A stretch of 51,652 nt of DNA from Actinomycetota bacterium (GTDB lineage Bacteria; Actinomycetota; UBA4738; HRBIN12): positions 1 to 51,652 of the forward strand of contig JBBRTK010000001.1 of NCBI GenBank assembly GCA_038244455.1, written 5' to 3'. The notes under the pieces are model-generated. The model saw nothing but the letters and a program-made list of their open reading frames with translations, had not been told where the DNA came from and searched no databases. Positions 18,377 through 26,963 of the stretch are shown here, piece by piece; the first letter of the stretch is position 1, and each line of letters opens with the position of its first letter. Position numbers and translations under genes: made by a program.

Positions 18377-19128
18377 TATCCCTCGAAGTCAAGCAGCTCA
18401 ACGCCTGGTTCGGGAAGGCCCAGGTGCTGAGATCCATCGATGTCGCCGCGGCCGACCGTTCCGTGACGGCGATCATCGGGCCCTCGGGTTGCGGGAAGTC
18501 GACCCTCCTGCGATGCATGAACCGCATGCATGAAGAGGTGCGAGGGGCACGCGTCGAGGGTCAGGTGCTGTTCGGTGGAGCGGATATCTACGCGCCGGCC
18601 ACAGATCCGGTGCAGGTCCGGCGTCAGATCGGGATGGTGTTCCAGCGGCCCAATCCGTTCCCCACCATGAGCGTGTTCGACAACGCGGTCGCCGGGCTGA
18701 AGCTCACCGGGGGGCTCCCGAAAGGCGAGCTTCACGACCGGGCTGAGCAGGCGCTTCGCGCGGCCGGACTGTGGGACGAGGTCAAGGACCGGTTGCAGCA
18801 GCCAGGCGGACGCTTATCGGGGGGCCAGCAGCAACGGCTCTGCATCGCGCGCGCCTTGGCGGTCGAGCCGCAGATCCTCCTCATGGACGAACCGGCATCG
18901 GCGCTGGACCCCGCGTCCACGCTTCGGATCGAGGAGCTCATCGCGGAACTCAAGCGAGACTACGCGGTCATCATCGTGACGCACAACATGCAGCAAGCCG
19001 CGAGGGTGTCGGATTCAACCCTTTTCATGCTCTACGGTGAAGTGGTTGAGTTCGCCGCGACCCAAAAGGTCTTCACCAACCCTGACGATCGACGGACGGA
19101 GGACTACGTGACGGGACGGTTCGGCTGA
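18373..19128 (+). CDS. pstB: Phosphate ABC transporter ATP-binding protein PstB
   Basis: Walker [10 protein letters not shown], signature LSGGQQQRL, Walker B LLMDEP. GTG 18373 overlaps the pstA stop (GTGA). The 18220 start is a spurious extension. Confidence 0.95.
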   Translation: MISLEVKQLNAWFGKAQVLRSIDVAAADRSVTAIIGPSGCGKSTLLRCMNRMHEEVRGARVEGQVLFGGADIYAPATDPVQVRRQIGMVFQRPNPFPTMSVFDNAVAGLKLTGGLPKGELHDRAEQALRAAGLWDEVKDRLQQPGGRLSGGQQQRLCIARALAVEPQILLMDEPASALDPASTLRIEELIAELKRDYAVIIVTHNMQQAARVSDSTLFMLYGEVVEFAATQKVFTNPDDRRTEDYVTGRFG

Positions 19129-19811
19129 TGGGAGGGACCAGGCAGGCCTTCCACGAGGAGCTCGATTCGATCGAGCTGGAGGTACTGGTGGAGGGCGAGC
19201 TGGCCGAGCGGGCCATCGACCGGGCGGTGACCGCACTGGTGACGGGCGACGCGGACCTTGCCCGCCGAGTCATCGCCGAGGACGACGCGGTTGACGAGCG
19301 ATATCTGTCGGTCGAACGCCGGATCTTGGAGGTTCTTGCCCTGCAGACTCCCGTGGCCGGCGATCTCCGCCGGCTTTCGGCGATCCTTCATATCAACCTG
19401 CACCTGGAGCGCATAGGCGATCAGGCGGTGAACGCGGCCAAGATCTTCCTCTCGGTCCGCGATCTTCCCTCCGGCGCGACGGTGTTGTCCCACCTGAACG
19501 AGATGGGTGACATGGTCCGAGCGATGATCCGGACCGCGCTCGCATCCTTGCGCGATCGAGACCTGGAGCTTGCGCTCACGCTCACCGTTATGGACGATCC
19601 CGTGGACAGACTGAACATGGGGATGTACCGGGAGGTCGCGGCGTTGGCGTCCGATCCACAGATGTTGGAGTGGGGCCTGCGGATGAACGTCCTTGCCCGC
19701 CAGCTGGAACGCGTCGGCGACAACGCGGTCGACATCGGAGAACAGGTCGCGTTCCTCTTGACCGGCGAGTTCAGGGAGTTTACCGACGCGTCCCACCCGG
19801 AGGCGGGATGA
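19128..19811 (+). CDS. phoU: Phosphate signalling complex protein PhoU
   Basis: Duplicated PhoU helical repeats (ERIGDQAVNAAK / ERVGDNAVDIGE). Directly after pstB. Confidence 0.9.
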   Translation: MGGTRQAFHEELDSIELEVLVEGELAERAIDRAVTALVTGDADLARRVIAEDDAVDERYLSVERRILEVLALQTPVAGDLRRLSAILHINLHLERIGDQAVNAAKIFLSVRDLPSGATVLSHLNEMGDMVRAMIRTALASLRDRDLELALTLTVMDDPVDRLNMGMYREVAALASDPQMLEWGLRMNVLARQLERVGDNAVDIGEQVAFLLTGEFREFTDASHPEAG

Positions 19812-20527
19812 CGCTCCCGGGACCCTCGGCCCCCATCCGCATCCTCGTCGTGGAGGACGAGCCCTCGCTCGCCGAATCCGTGCGCTACAACCTGGAACGC
19901 GAAGGCTACGAAGTGTTCGTGGCCGGGGACGGACGAACAGGCCTCGAGCGGTTCCGCACCGAAGCGCCAGCCCTGGTCATCCTGGATCTCATGCTTCCCG
20001 AGCTCTCGGGCCTGGATGTCTGCCGGGCGATCCGCGCCGAGTCTGACGTTCCGATCATCATCGTGACCGCCAAGGATGCCGAGGCCGACAAGGTCGCCGG
20101 GCTGGAACTCGGGGCCGACGACTACGTCACGAAACCGTTCTCCGTGCGCGAACTGGTGTCGCGTGTGCGGGCGCACCTGCGCCGGGGCGCCATCCGGCCG
20201 GCTGCAGACGAGACCACGTCCGCCGACGAACGCCTTGGCGGCGGTCCGGTGGAGATGGACACTGCCAGCCACGAGGTTCGGGTGAACGGCGAACTGGTCG
20301 CACTGCCGCCGAAGGAGTTCGAGCTGTTGGAGGCGTTGCTGCGGCGCAAAGGCAGGCTGCTGACCAGGCTGTTCCTGATCGAAGAGGTGTGGGGCGGCGA
20401 CTACGTGGGCGACACGAAGACCCTGGATGTGCATGTGAAGCGGGTCCGGCGCAAGATCGAGGTCGATCCCCACGATCCCGTCCACCTGGTAACAGTTCGC
20501 GGGCTCGGCTACAAATTCATCGACTAG
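19808..20527 (+). CDS. OmpR/PhoB-family response regulator (RegX3/PhoP-like)
   Basis: IRILVVEDEPSL, LVILDLMLP (phospho-acceptor Asp), KPF, and a winged-helix C-terminus (TVRGLGYKF). ATG 19808 overlaps the phoU stop (ATGA). Confidence 0.9.
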   Translation: MTLPGPSAPIRILVVEDEPSLAESVRYNLEREGYEVFVAGDGRTGLERFRTEAPALVILDLMLPELSGLDVCRAIRAESDVPIIIVTAKDAEADKVAGLELGADDYVTKPFSVRELVSRVRAHLRRGAIRPAADETTSADERLGGGPVEMDTASHEVRVNGELVALPPKEFELLEALLRRKGRLLTRLFLIEEVWGGDYVGDTKTLDVHVKRVRRKIEVDPHDPVHLVTVRGLGYKFID

Positions 20528-20533
20528 CAGGGC

Positions 20534-20566
20534 GTTCATCTTCCGTTCAGCTTCTGTTCATCTCCT
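20534..20566 (+). promoter_or_regulatory. Candidate PHO box: three tandem 11-nt direct repeat units, GTTCATCTTCC, GTTCAGCTTCT and GTTCATCTCCT
   Basis: Read directly. About 88 nt upstream of the DUF47-pit start at 20654, with exact 11-nt periodicity of the GTTCA core. Confidence 0.65.
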
Positions 20567-20653
20567 CGCCCCTCGGCTGTCGTTCGCTGCTCTCCGGTAC
20601 GTGCACGGCGGACGGGTACCGTTCGCGCGGCGAGTTGGGCGAAAGGGGAGAAG

Positions 20654-21271
20654 GTGCCGTTCCAGGCCATACCTCGCGAACTCGCCTTCTACGACCTCTT
20701 CGAGCGGGCGGCCGCCAACGTCGAGGCCGGGGCCCGGGAGCTCCTGGCCCTGGTGGACGATCTCCCGAACTCGGCGGTCCACGGGACGACGATCCAGGAA
20801 CTGGAGCACAAGGGTGATGACCTGACCCACGAGATCATGGGGCTGCTCAACACCACGTTCGTGGTTCCGATCGATCGGTCGGATATCTACCACCTGGCTT
20901 CCTACCTGGACGATGTGCTCGACCACATCGAGGCGGTCGGGGACCTCCTGGTTCTGCACGGGCTGCTCGAGGTGATCCCACAGTTCCGCCAGCAGGTCGT
21001 GACCCTGGTCTCGGCGTCGGGGTTGGTTCGCCAGGCGGTCCGGGGGCTCCGGCATCTGCAGACCGTCGAGCACTCGGTCGGCCTGATCAAGCTTCAGGAA
21101 CGCGAGGGTGATTGGGTCTACCGGCGCGCCGTGGCCGCGCTGTACTCCGGCGACTACAAAGCGATGGATGTCCTGAAGTGGAAGGACCTCCTCCAGGAGA
21201 CCGAAGACGCGATCGACCGGTGCGAAGGCATAGGGAACATCCTCGAGTCCGTGGCGCTGAAGTTCGCATGA
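20654..21271 (+). CDS. DUF47-family (PhoU-like fold) protein, putative Pit accessory/regulator
   Basis: FYDLFERAA...HKGDDLTHEI...PIDRSDIYHLASYLDDVLD...AMDVLKWKDL. GTG start preceded by AAAGGGGAGAAG. The stop overlaps the pit start. Confidence 0.85.
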   Translation: MPFQAIPRELAFYDLFERAAANVEAGARELLALVDDLPNSAVHGTTIQELEHKGDDLTHEIMGLLNTTFVVPIDRSDIYHLASYLDDVLDHIEAVGDLLVLHGLLEVIPQFRQQVVTLVSASGLVRQAVRGLRHLQTVEHSVGLIKLQEREGDWVYRRAVAALYSGDYKAMDVLKWKDLLQETEDAIDRCEGIGNILESVALKFA

Positions 21272-22260
21272 CTATCACCGTGATCTTCATCATCGCGGTG
21301 GCGCTGGCGTTCGACTTCTTCAACGGCTTCCACGATGCCGCCAACTCGATCGCCACCGTGGTGTCGACGCGCGTGCTGACGCCGAAGCAAGCGGTCGCGT
21401 GGGCAGCGTTCTGGAACTTCGCGGCGTTCGCCATCTTCGGGACGGCAGTCGCGGCGACCATCTCCAAGGTGGTGCAGCCGGGGGTCTTGAACAACGCAGC
21501 CATCTTCGCCGGGCTCCTCGGGGCCATCTCCTGGGACATCATCACGTGGTTCCTGGGACTTCCAACCAGCTCGTCGCACGCGCTGGTGGGGGGGATGGCC
21601 GGCGCAGCCGTGGCGCTGTCCGGCTGGACGTCGCTGGTGGCCGCAGAGTTCCAGAAGATCGCGGTGTTCATCGTGTTGTCGCCGCTCCTGGGATTCCTGC
21701 TTGCCTTCACGATCATGACGGGCATCTACTGGGTCTTCCATCGCTACCGCAAGGTTGAGAAACTCAACCGAGGCTTCCGGCGGGCACAGCTGTTCTCCGC
21801 GGCGCTCTTCAGCCTTGGTCACGGGGCGAACGACGCGCAGAAGACCATGGGCATCATCCTCGCACTCCTCATCGCCAATCATCGGCTCCCACTCGACGCC
21901 TCCGTCCCCTTGTGGGTCGTGCTCGCCGCACACTCCGCCATCGGACTGGGGACGCTCTTCGGCGGCTGGCGGATCGTCCACACCATGGGAACGAAGATCA
22001 CCAAGGTACAGCCGGTCGGGGGATTCTCCGCAGAAACTGCGGCAGCGGCGGCCATCATGCTGGCAACGCTGGGCGGCGTCCCCGTGTCCACCACACACAC
22101 TATCACCGGTGCGATCATCGGAACCGGTACCACGCAACGACTCTCAGCCGTGCGGTGGGGGATCGCCAGCCGGGTGGTCTGGGCCTGGGTGTTGACCATC
22201 CCAGGTGCGTTTGCCGTGTCGTACTTCGTCGAGACGCTGCTGAAAGGGATGACGAAGTGA
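21268..22260 (+). CDS. pit: PiT-family inorganic phosphate transporter
   Basis: FDFFNGFHDAANSIATVVSTR and GHGANDAQKTMGII signatures, about 10 TM helices. ATG 21268 overlaps the DUF47 stop (ATGA). The 21112 start is a spurious extension. Confidence 0.9.
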   Translation: MTITVIFIIAVALAFDFFNGFHDAANSIATVVSTRVLTPKQAVAWAAFWNFAAFAIFGTAVAATISKVVQPGVLNNAAIFAGLLGAISWDIITWFLGLPTSSSHALVGGMAGAAVALSGWTSLVAAEFQKIAVFIVLSPLLGFLLAFTIMTGIYWVFHRYRKVEKLNRGFRRAQLFSAALFSLGHGANDAQKTMGIILALLIANHRLPLDASVPLWVVLAAHSAIGLGTLFGGWRIVHTMGTKITKVQPVGGFSAETAAAAAIMLATLGGVPVSTTHTITGAIIGTGTTQRLSAVRWGIASRVVWAWVLTIPGAFAVSYFVETLLKGMTK

Positions 22261-22487
22261 GGTTCGGACGTCGCCCTCTCTTCTTCCTCGCGGTCGCGGC
22301 GGTCTCGCTGCTCCTGCTGGTCCCCACACCCTCGGAGTTCCGATGGGTGAACATCTCGATGGCCGGGATCGGAGCCTTCTGGTTCGTGCTCCTGGCGATC
22401 GAGGAAGGACAGGCTCATCGCATCCCACCCGGCGAGGACGCCGACGGACCGCGCACCGCGAAGCACGAGCGAGAGGAGCGACCATGA
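22257..22487 (+). CDS. Possible 76-aa two-TM membrane protein (hypothetical)
   Basis: VRFGRRPLFFLAVAAVSLLLLVP...MAGIGAFWFVLLAIEEG. The GTG overlaps the pit stop (GTGA) and its stop overlaps the next ATG (ATGA). No family recognised. Confidence 0.45.
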   Translation: MRFGRRPLFFLAVAAVSLLLLVPTPSEFRWVNISMAGIGAFWFVLLAIEEGQAHRIPPGEDADGPRTAKHEREERP

Positions 22488-23107
22488 AGCTCAAGGTGTC
22501 ACAGCGACCGGAGGTCTTCTTCGAGTTGTTCGTGGAATCTGCGGAGAACATCCGGGTGACGGCCGAACTGCTCAAGGATCTGCTTGCCGACTACACGGAT
22601 GTGGAGATGAAGGCTCGCCGCATCCAGGAGCGGGAGCACATGGGTGATGAGATCACCCACTCGATCATCCGGCGGCTCAATACCACGTTCATCACGCCGA
22701 TGGATCGAGAGGACATCCACCTGCTCGCCACCGCCCTGGACGATGTGCTGGACTCGATGGAGGCGGCCTCGGACCTGTTCGTCCTGCACGCGATCGAGGA
22801 ACCGCGGCCCGAGATGCTTGCCCAAGCGGATGTGCTCCTGCGCGCCGCAGTCCAGACGGAGATGGCCGTCAAGGCCTTCAGCCGTCTGGGGAAGGCGGAA
22901 CTGGAGCCGTACTGGGTCGAGATCAACACCCTCGAGAACGAAGGGGACAAGCTCTATCGGCGCGCTGTCGCCGATCTGTTCTCGGGCGACCACAAGGCGA
23001 TGGACGTCCTGAAGTGGAAGGAGGTCATCGAGTCCATGGAAGAGGCCCTCGACGGCCTGGAGAACGTGGCCAACGTCATCGAATCGGTCGTGCTGAAGCA
23101 CGCTTGA
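22484..23107 (+). CDS. Second DUF47-family (PhoU-like fold) protein, paralog of 20654..21271
   Basis: FFELFVESA...HMGDEITHSI...PMDREDIHLLATALDDVLD...AMDVLKWKEV aligns along the whole length with the first copy. Confidence 0.85.
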   Translation: MKLKVSQRPEVFFELFVESAENIRVTAELLKDLLADYTDVEMKARRIQEREHMGDEITHSIIRRLNTTFITPMDREDIHLLATALDDVLDSMEAASDLFVLHAIEEPRPEMLAQADVLLRAAVQTEMAVKAFSRLGKAELEPYWVEINTLENEGDKLYRRAVADLFSGDHKAMDVLKWKEVIESMEEALDGLENVANVIESVVLKHA

Positions 23108-23183
23108 GGCGGACCTGCGTCCTCGGCTGTTCGGTCGTGGTGCTGGCTAGACTGGGTGTTCCTTCCTCGACCCCAGGGGCCTT

Positions 23184-25244
23184 ATGAGCGCGCTGCCCGA
23201 GACCATGGAGCCACGGTTCCTGAACCGCGAACTCTCCTGGCTGGAGTTCAACGCCCGGGTGCTCGCGCTGGTCGAGGATGCCGAGCAGCCGTTGCTCGAC
23301 CGCGTCAAGTTCCTGGCGATCTACGCGCAGAACCTGGATGAGTTCTTCCAGATCCGGGTGGCGGGGCTCCAAGAACAGCGGGACGCCGGCGTGGGGACCG
23401 CGACACCCGAAGGCGCGACGCCTGGTGAGCAACTCCGTGCCATCCGGCTCCGCGTGGAGGTCTTGCGTGAGCGCGCCGACCGGGTCCTCGCAGCTGACCT
23501 CCTTCCGGCCCTGGAGAAGGCGGACATCCGCCTCGTGACCTGGGACCAACTGGCCACCGACGAACGAGAGCATCTGGCCTCTGAGTTCCAGGACCGGATC
23601 TTCCCGGTGCTCACCCCACTCTCGGTGGACCCCGCCCACCCGTTCCCCTACATCTCCTCCCTCTCGCTGAACCTGGCGGCGGTGGTGCGCGACCCCATGA
23701 CGGGCGGCCGGCGGTTCGCGCGGGTGAAGGTGCCACCGCTGCTGCCCCGGTTCCTGCCGCTGCCCGGCACCGGACGGTTCATCCCCCTGGAGCAGGTCAT
23801 CGCTGCGAACCTGGGGGAACTCTTCCCCGGGATGGAGATCATCGGCCACCACGTGTTCCGTATCACGCGGGATGCCGATGTGGAGCTGGAAGAAGATGAG
23901 GCGGAGGATCTCCTTGAAGCCGTCGAGACCGTTCTTCGCCGCCGTCGCCGTGGCGCCACGCCCGTTCGGCTGGAGGTGGACTCGACGATCACCGAGGAGG
24001 TTCTCGGGCTCCTGCTCCGAGAACTCGAACTCGATCCGGACGAGGTGTATGCGGCGGGCGGTCTCCTGGACCTCGGGGCGCTCTGGTCGTTCGTCGAGCT
24101 GGACCGACCGGATCTGAAGGCGGCGGCCTGGACCCCCGTGACCCCCCCGCGTCTGGCCGGAGACGGTGAGCACCCGGCCGACGTCTTCGACGTCCTGCGC
24201 GGCGGCGACCTCCTGGTGCACCATCCCTACGACTCGTTCCAGGCGTCGATGGTGTCGTTCATCGAACAGGCGGCCCGCGATCCACAGGTGTTGGCCATCA
24301 AACAGACCCTCTACCGGACCTCCGCCGACAGCCCGATCGGTCGCGCGCTGATCCGGGCCGCGGAGGCCGGCAAGCAGGTCGTGGCCCTGGTGGAACTCAC
24401 GGCGCGGTTCGACGAGCAGGCGAACATCACGTGGGCGCGGGCCCTGGAGCAGGCTGGCGTGCACGTGGTGTACGGCGTCGTCGGCCTGAAGACGCACGCC
24501 AAGGTCTGCCTGGTGGTCAGGCGCGAGGAAGGTGGCGTCCGGCGGTACTGCCACATCGGCACCGGCAACTACAACCCCAGCACGGCGCGGTTGTACGAGG
24601 ATGTCGGGCTCCTCACCGCGGACAGGCAGCTGGGCTCCGACCTCACCGATCTGTTCAACCTCCTGACCGGCTACAGCCGTCAGCGCGAGTACGGGAAGCT
24701 CCTGGTCGCGCCTGTCTCGCTCCGGCCGCGCCTGGAGGAGCTCATCCGCGAACAGGCAGCCCTGCCCGACGGCCGCATCGTGTTGAAGATGAACAGCCTG
24801 GTCGACCCGGACCTCATAGACGCGCTGTACGCAGCGTCGCAAGCCGGGGTCAGCATCGATCTGCTCATCCGGGGGATCTGCTGCCTTCGACCGGGCGTGC
24901 CCGGGCTTTCGGAGGGTATCCGGGTGCGGTCGCTCGTGGGTCGATTCCTGGAGCACTCCAGGATATTCAGGTTCGGCGCGCGCGAGAACGCGCGGTACTT
25001 CATCGGCTCGGCGGACCTCATGCCGCGCAACCTGGATCGGCGTGTCGAGGCCGTGGCGCCGGTCAACGACCCGGCCCTTCGCGCCAGGCTGGACGAGATC
25101 CTCGAAGCCTCGCTGGCCGATGACGTTCTGGCGTGGGAGCTGGACGCGGATGGCGAGTGGCACAAGGTCCTCACTGAGCGGGGGTTCGATGCGCAGGAGC
25201 GGTTGATGTCCTTCGCCACCGAACGTGGCCGCGGGGGCCGATGA
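23184..25244 (+). CDS. ppk: Polyphosphate kinase 1
   Basis: RFLNRELSWLEFNARVL N-terminus, HAKVCLVVR, and two PLD-like HKD-type segments. 686 aa, typical for PPK1. Confidence 0.95.
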   Translation: MSALPETMEPRFLNRELSWLEFNARVLALVEDAEQPLLDRVKFLAIYAQNLDEFFQIRVAGLQEQRDAGVGTATPEGATPGEQLRAIRLRVEVLRERADRVLAADLLPALEKADIRLVTWDQLATDEREHLASEFQDRIFPVLTPLSVDPAHPFPYISSLSLNLAAVVRDPMTGGRRFARVKVPPLLPRFLPLPGTGRFIPLEQVIAANLGELFPGMEIIGHHVFRITRDADVELEEDEAEDLLEAVETVLRRRRRGATPVRLEVDSTITEEVLGLLLRELELDPDEVYAAGGLLDLGALWSFVELDRPDLKAAAWTPVTPPRLAGDGEHPADVFDVLRGGDLLVHHPYDSFQASMVSFIEQAARDPQVLAIKQTLYRTSADSPIGRALIRAAEAGKQVVALVELTARFDEQANITWARALEQAGVHVVYGVVGLKTHAKVCLVVRREEGGVRRYCHIGTGNYNPSTARLYEDVGLLTADRQLGSDLTDLFNLLTGYSRQREYGKLLVAPVSLRPRLEELIREQAALPDGRIVLKMNSLVDPDLIDALYAASQAGVSIDLLIRGICCLRPGVPGLSEGIRVRSLVGRFLEHSRIFRFGARENARYFIGSADLMPRNLDRRVEAVAPVNDPALRARLDEILEASLADDVLAWELDADGEWHKVLTERGFDAQERLMSFATERGRGGR

Positions 25245-26101
25245 CCGGGGAGGACGCCGATGTCCGAGCGGCCGGTGGGCTGCTGCGGCGAGAGTCCGGC
25301 TCCGGCCCGGAGTTCTGCGTGGTCCACCGTCCGCGGTATCTAGACTGGACGATCCCGAAGGGCAAGCTCGAGCCCGGGGAATCGCATCGCGAGGCCGCGG
25401 TCCGAGAGATCGAAGAGGAGACGGGCTTCGGCTGTTCTGTCGGCCCGGAGCTCCCAAGCACCCGGTACCTCGATACCGAAGGCCGGAGGAAGACGGTCAG
25501 GTACTGGCTCATGACACCGACGGGCGGCGCCTTCCAGTCGAACGCCGAGGTTGACGAACTCCGATGGCTGCCGCCCGGGGAGGCGCTCGGGCTCCTCACC
25601 TACGAACACGACCGCGGGGTCCTTGCGGCCGCGCTCGGGTTCGATGCCCCGATCTTCCTCATCCGCCACGCGAAGGCGGGATCGCGGTCTGTGTGGGAGG
25701 AGGACGACCGGCTCCGTCCGCTCTCCAAGAGCGGGCGGGCGCAAGCCGAGGCCCTCGCGAGCGTCCTTGGTTCCGCGGGCGTGGGTCGCATCCTGTCCAG
25801 CCCGTTCATCCGCTGTGTGCAGACGGTCCGGCCGCTGGCACTGGCGCTGGGTGTACCGGTGCAGGAGCATGAGGACCTCGCCGAAGGGGCCGGCATCGAC
25901 GCGTGCTGGACGTGGATGGCAGAACTCGGCGAAGCCGCGGCTCTCTGCAGTCACGGGGACGTGATCCCCGCGTTGCTCCAGCAGGCCGAACGATGGGGCG
26001 CCGAACTGCCGGCCACGCGAGAGTGTCGCAAGGGGTCAGTCTGGCGTCTCGAGCGTCGCGGCGGCCGAGTGGTGGCGGCAACGTATGTGCCTCCGGACTG
26101 A
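25241..26101 (+). CDS. Nudix hydrolase fused to a SixA/histidine-phosphatase domain (MutT1-like architecture)
   Basis: Nudix box GKLEPGESHREAAVREIEEETG, then IFLIRHAKAGSR and CSHGD of the histidine phosphatase fold. The ATG overlaps the ppk stop (ATGA). Confidence 0.85.
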   Translation: MTGEDADVRAAGGLLRRESGSGPEFCVVHRPRYLDWTIPKGKLEPGESHREAAVREIEEETGFGCSVGPELPSTRYLDTEGRRKTVRYWLMTPTGGAFQSNAEVDELRWLPPGEALGLLTYEHDRGVLAAALGFDAPIFLIRHAKAGSRSVWEEDDRLRPLSKSGRAQAEALASVLGSAGVGRILSSPFIRCVQTVRPLALALGVPVQEHEDLAEGAGIDACWTWMAELGEAAALCSHGDVIPALLQQAERWGAELPATRECRKGSVWRLERRGGRVVAATYVPPD

Positions 26102-26116
26102 ACGCGGGGCGCCGTC

Positions 26117-26896
26117 CTACGGGATCGGGCCTTTCGTGGAGACCAGGTGGCCGGCGTCGCGGAACCCCAAACGCTGATACATCCGGCGAACGGCGTCCTG
26201 GGCCGGATCGGCCATGAGCCACACGTGGTGCGCTCCTTCGTTCAGCAGGGTCCGGCAGGCGGCCAGCGTGAGCTCGCTGGCCAGGCCGCGGCCTCTGGCC
26301 GACGGGAACGTGGCGACGTCGTCGATGTAGCCCACCCCATCCAGCATCTGGTGGGCGGCGATCGATGCGATGGACCCGTCCCGGTCTCGAACGCAGAGCC
26401 ATCGCTTGCCCCCGGCCTCGAAAACCGTCGATTCCAAGCTGATCAGTTCCTTGTCCGCGCGGCCGACGTCCGGACCGAAGAGCGGGAAGGTGGCGCTGAG
26501 GGTCTCCCAGAGCTCGTCGCCCGGGGGCAGAGGCTCGATCCGGATGTCGGCGCTCGCCGGCGGCATGCGCTCCGCGTCCAGATCCATCACCAGGTCCCGG
26601 TCCAGGGTGTGGCCGGCGGCGGCGAGCTCCGTCATGAGGTCGGTGCTGTGCTCGGACACGAAGGACACGACATGGAACGTGCCGGCTCCCGCCGATCGGA
26701 GCGCCGGGTCGAGGCTCAGGGCGACCTCGTTCATCGTCAGTCCGGACGCTGCGCGGTCGATGCGTGCGTAGTTCGCATCCCAGACACGGGGGAATCGCGC
26801 GTCGGTGACGACGGCCCCCCACCAGGTGGGTTCGTTCGAGGCGAGCAGGGCGTCCTGGGCCTGCCAGTACCGGATCACATGCTCGGGAACACTCAC
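26117..26896 (-). CDS. GNAT-family N-acetyltransferase
   Basis: YIDDVATFPSARGRGLASELT...MYQRLGF acetyl-CoA binding motif. GTG 26896 preferred. The longer start 27058 would overlap the divergent ORF at 26964. Confidence 0.7.
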   Translation of the reverse strand: MSVPEHVIRYWQAQDALLASNEPTWWGAVVTDARFPRVWDANYARIDRAASGLTMNEVALSLDPALRSAGAGTFHVVSFVSEHSTDLMTELAAAGHTLDRDLVMDLDAERMPPASADIRIEPLPPGDELWETLSATFPLFGPDVGRADKELISLESTVFEAGGKRWLCVRDRDGSIASIAAHQMLDGVGYIDDVATFPSARGRGLASELTLAACRTLLNEGAHHVWLMADPAQDAVRRMYQRLGFRDAGHLVSTKGPIP

Positions 26897-26963
26897 GGTG
26901 GCGGAGTCTAGAGGGTGGGCTATCCTCTTGCATCCCGCGGTCCCGCACGAAAGGCGAGTCGGT

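Noticed and set aside
23108-23183. PHO box upstream of ppk1
   Set aside because: Only isolated GTTCG/GTTCC pentamers occur (CTGTTCGGTCG, GTGTTCCTTCC), not in 11-nt tandem phase. This is too weak to call.
23076-25457. 793-aa ORF on the minus strand, antisense to ppk1
   Set aside because: Same reasoning: low-complexity Arg/Pro/Gly-rich translation with no family motifs, and the plus strand encodes an unmistakable PPK1.
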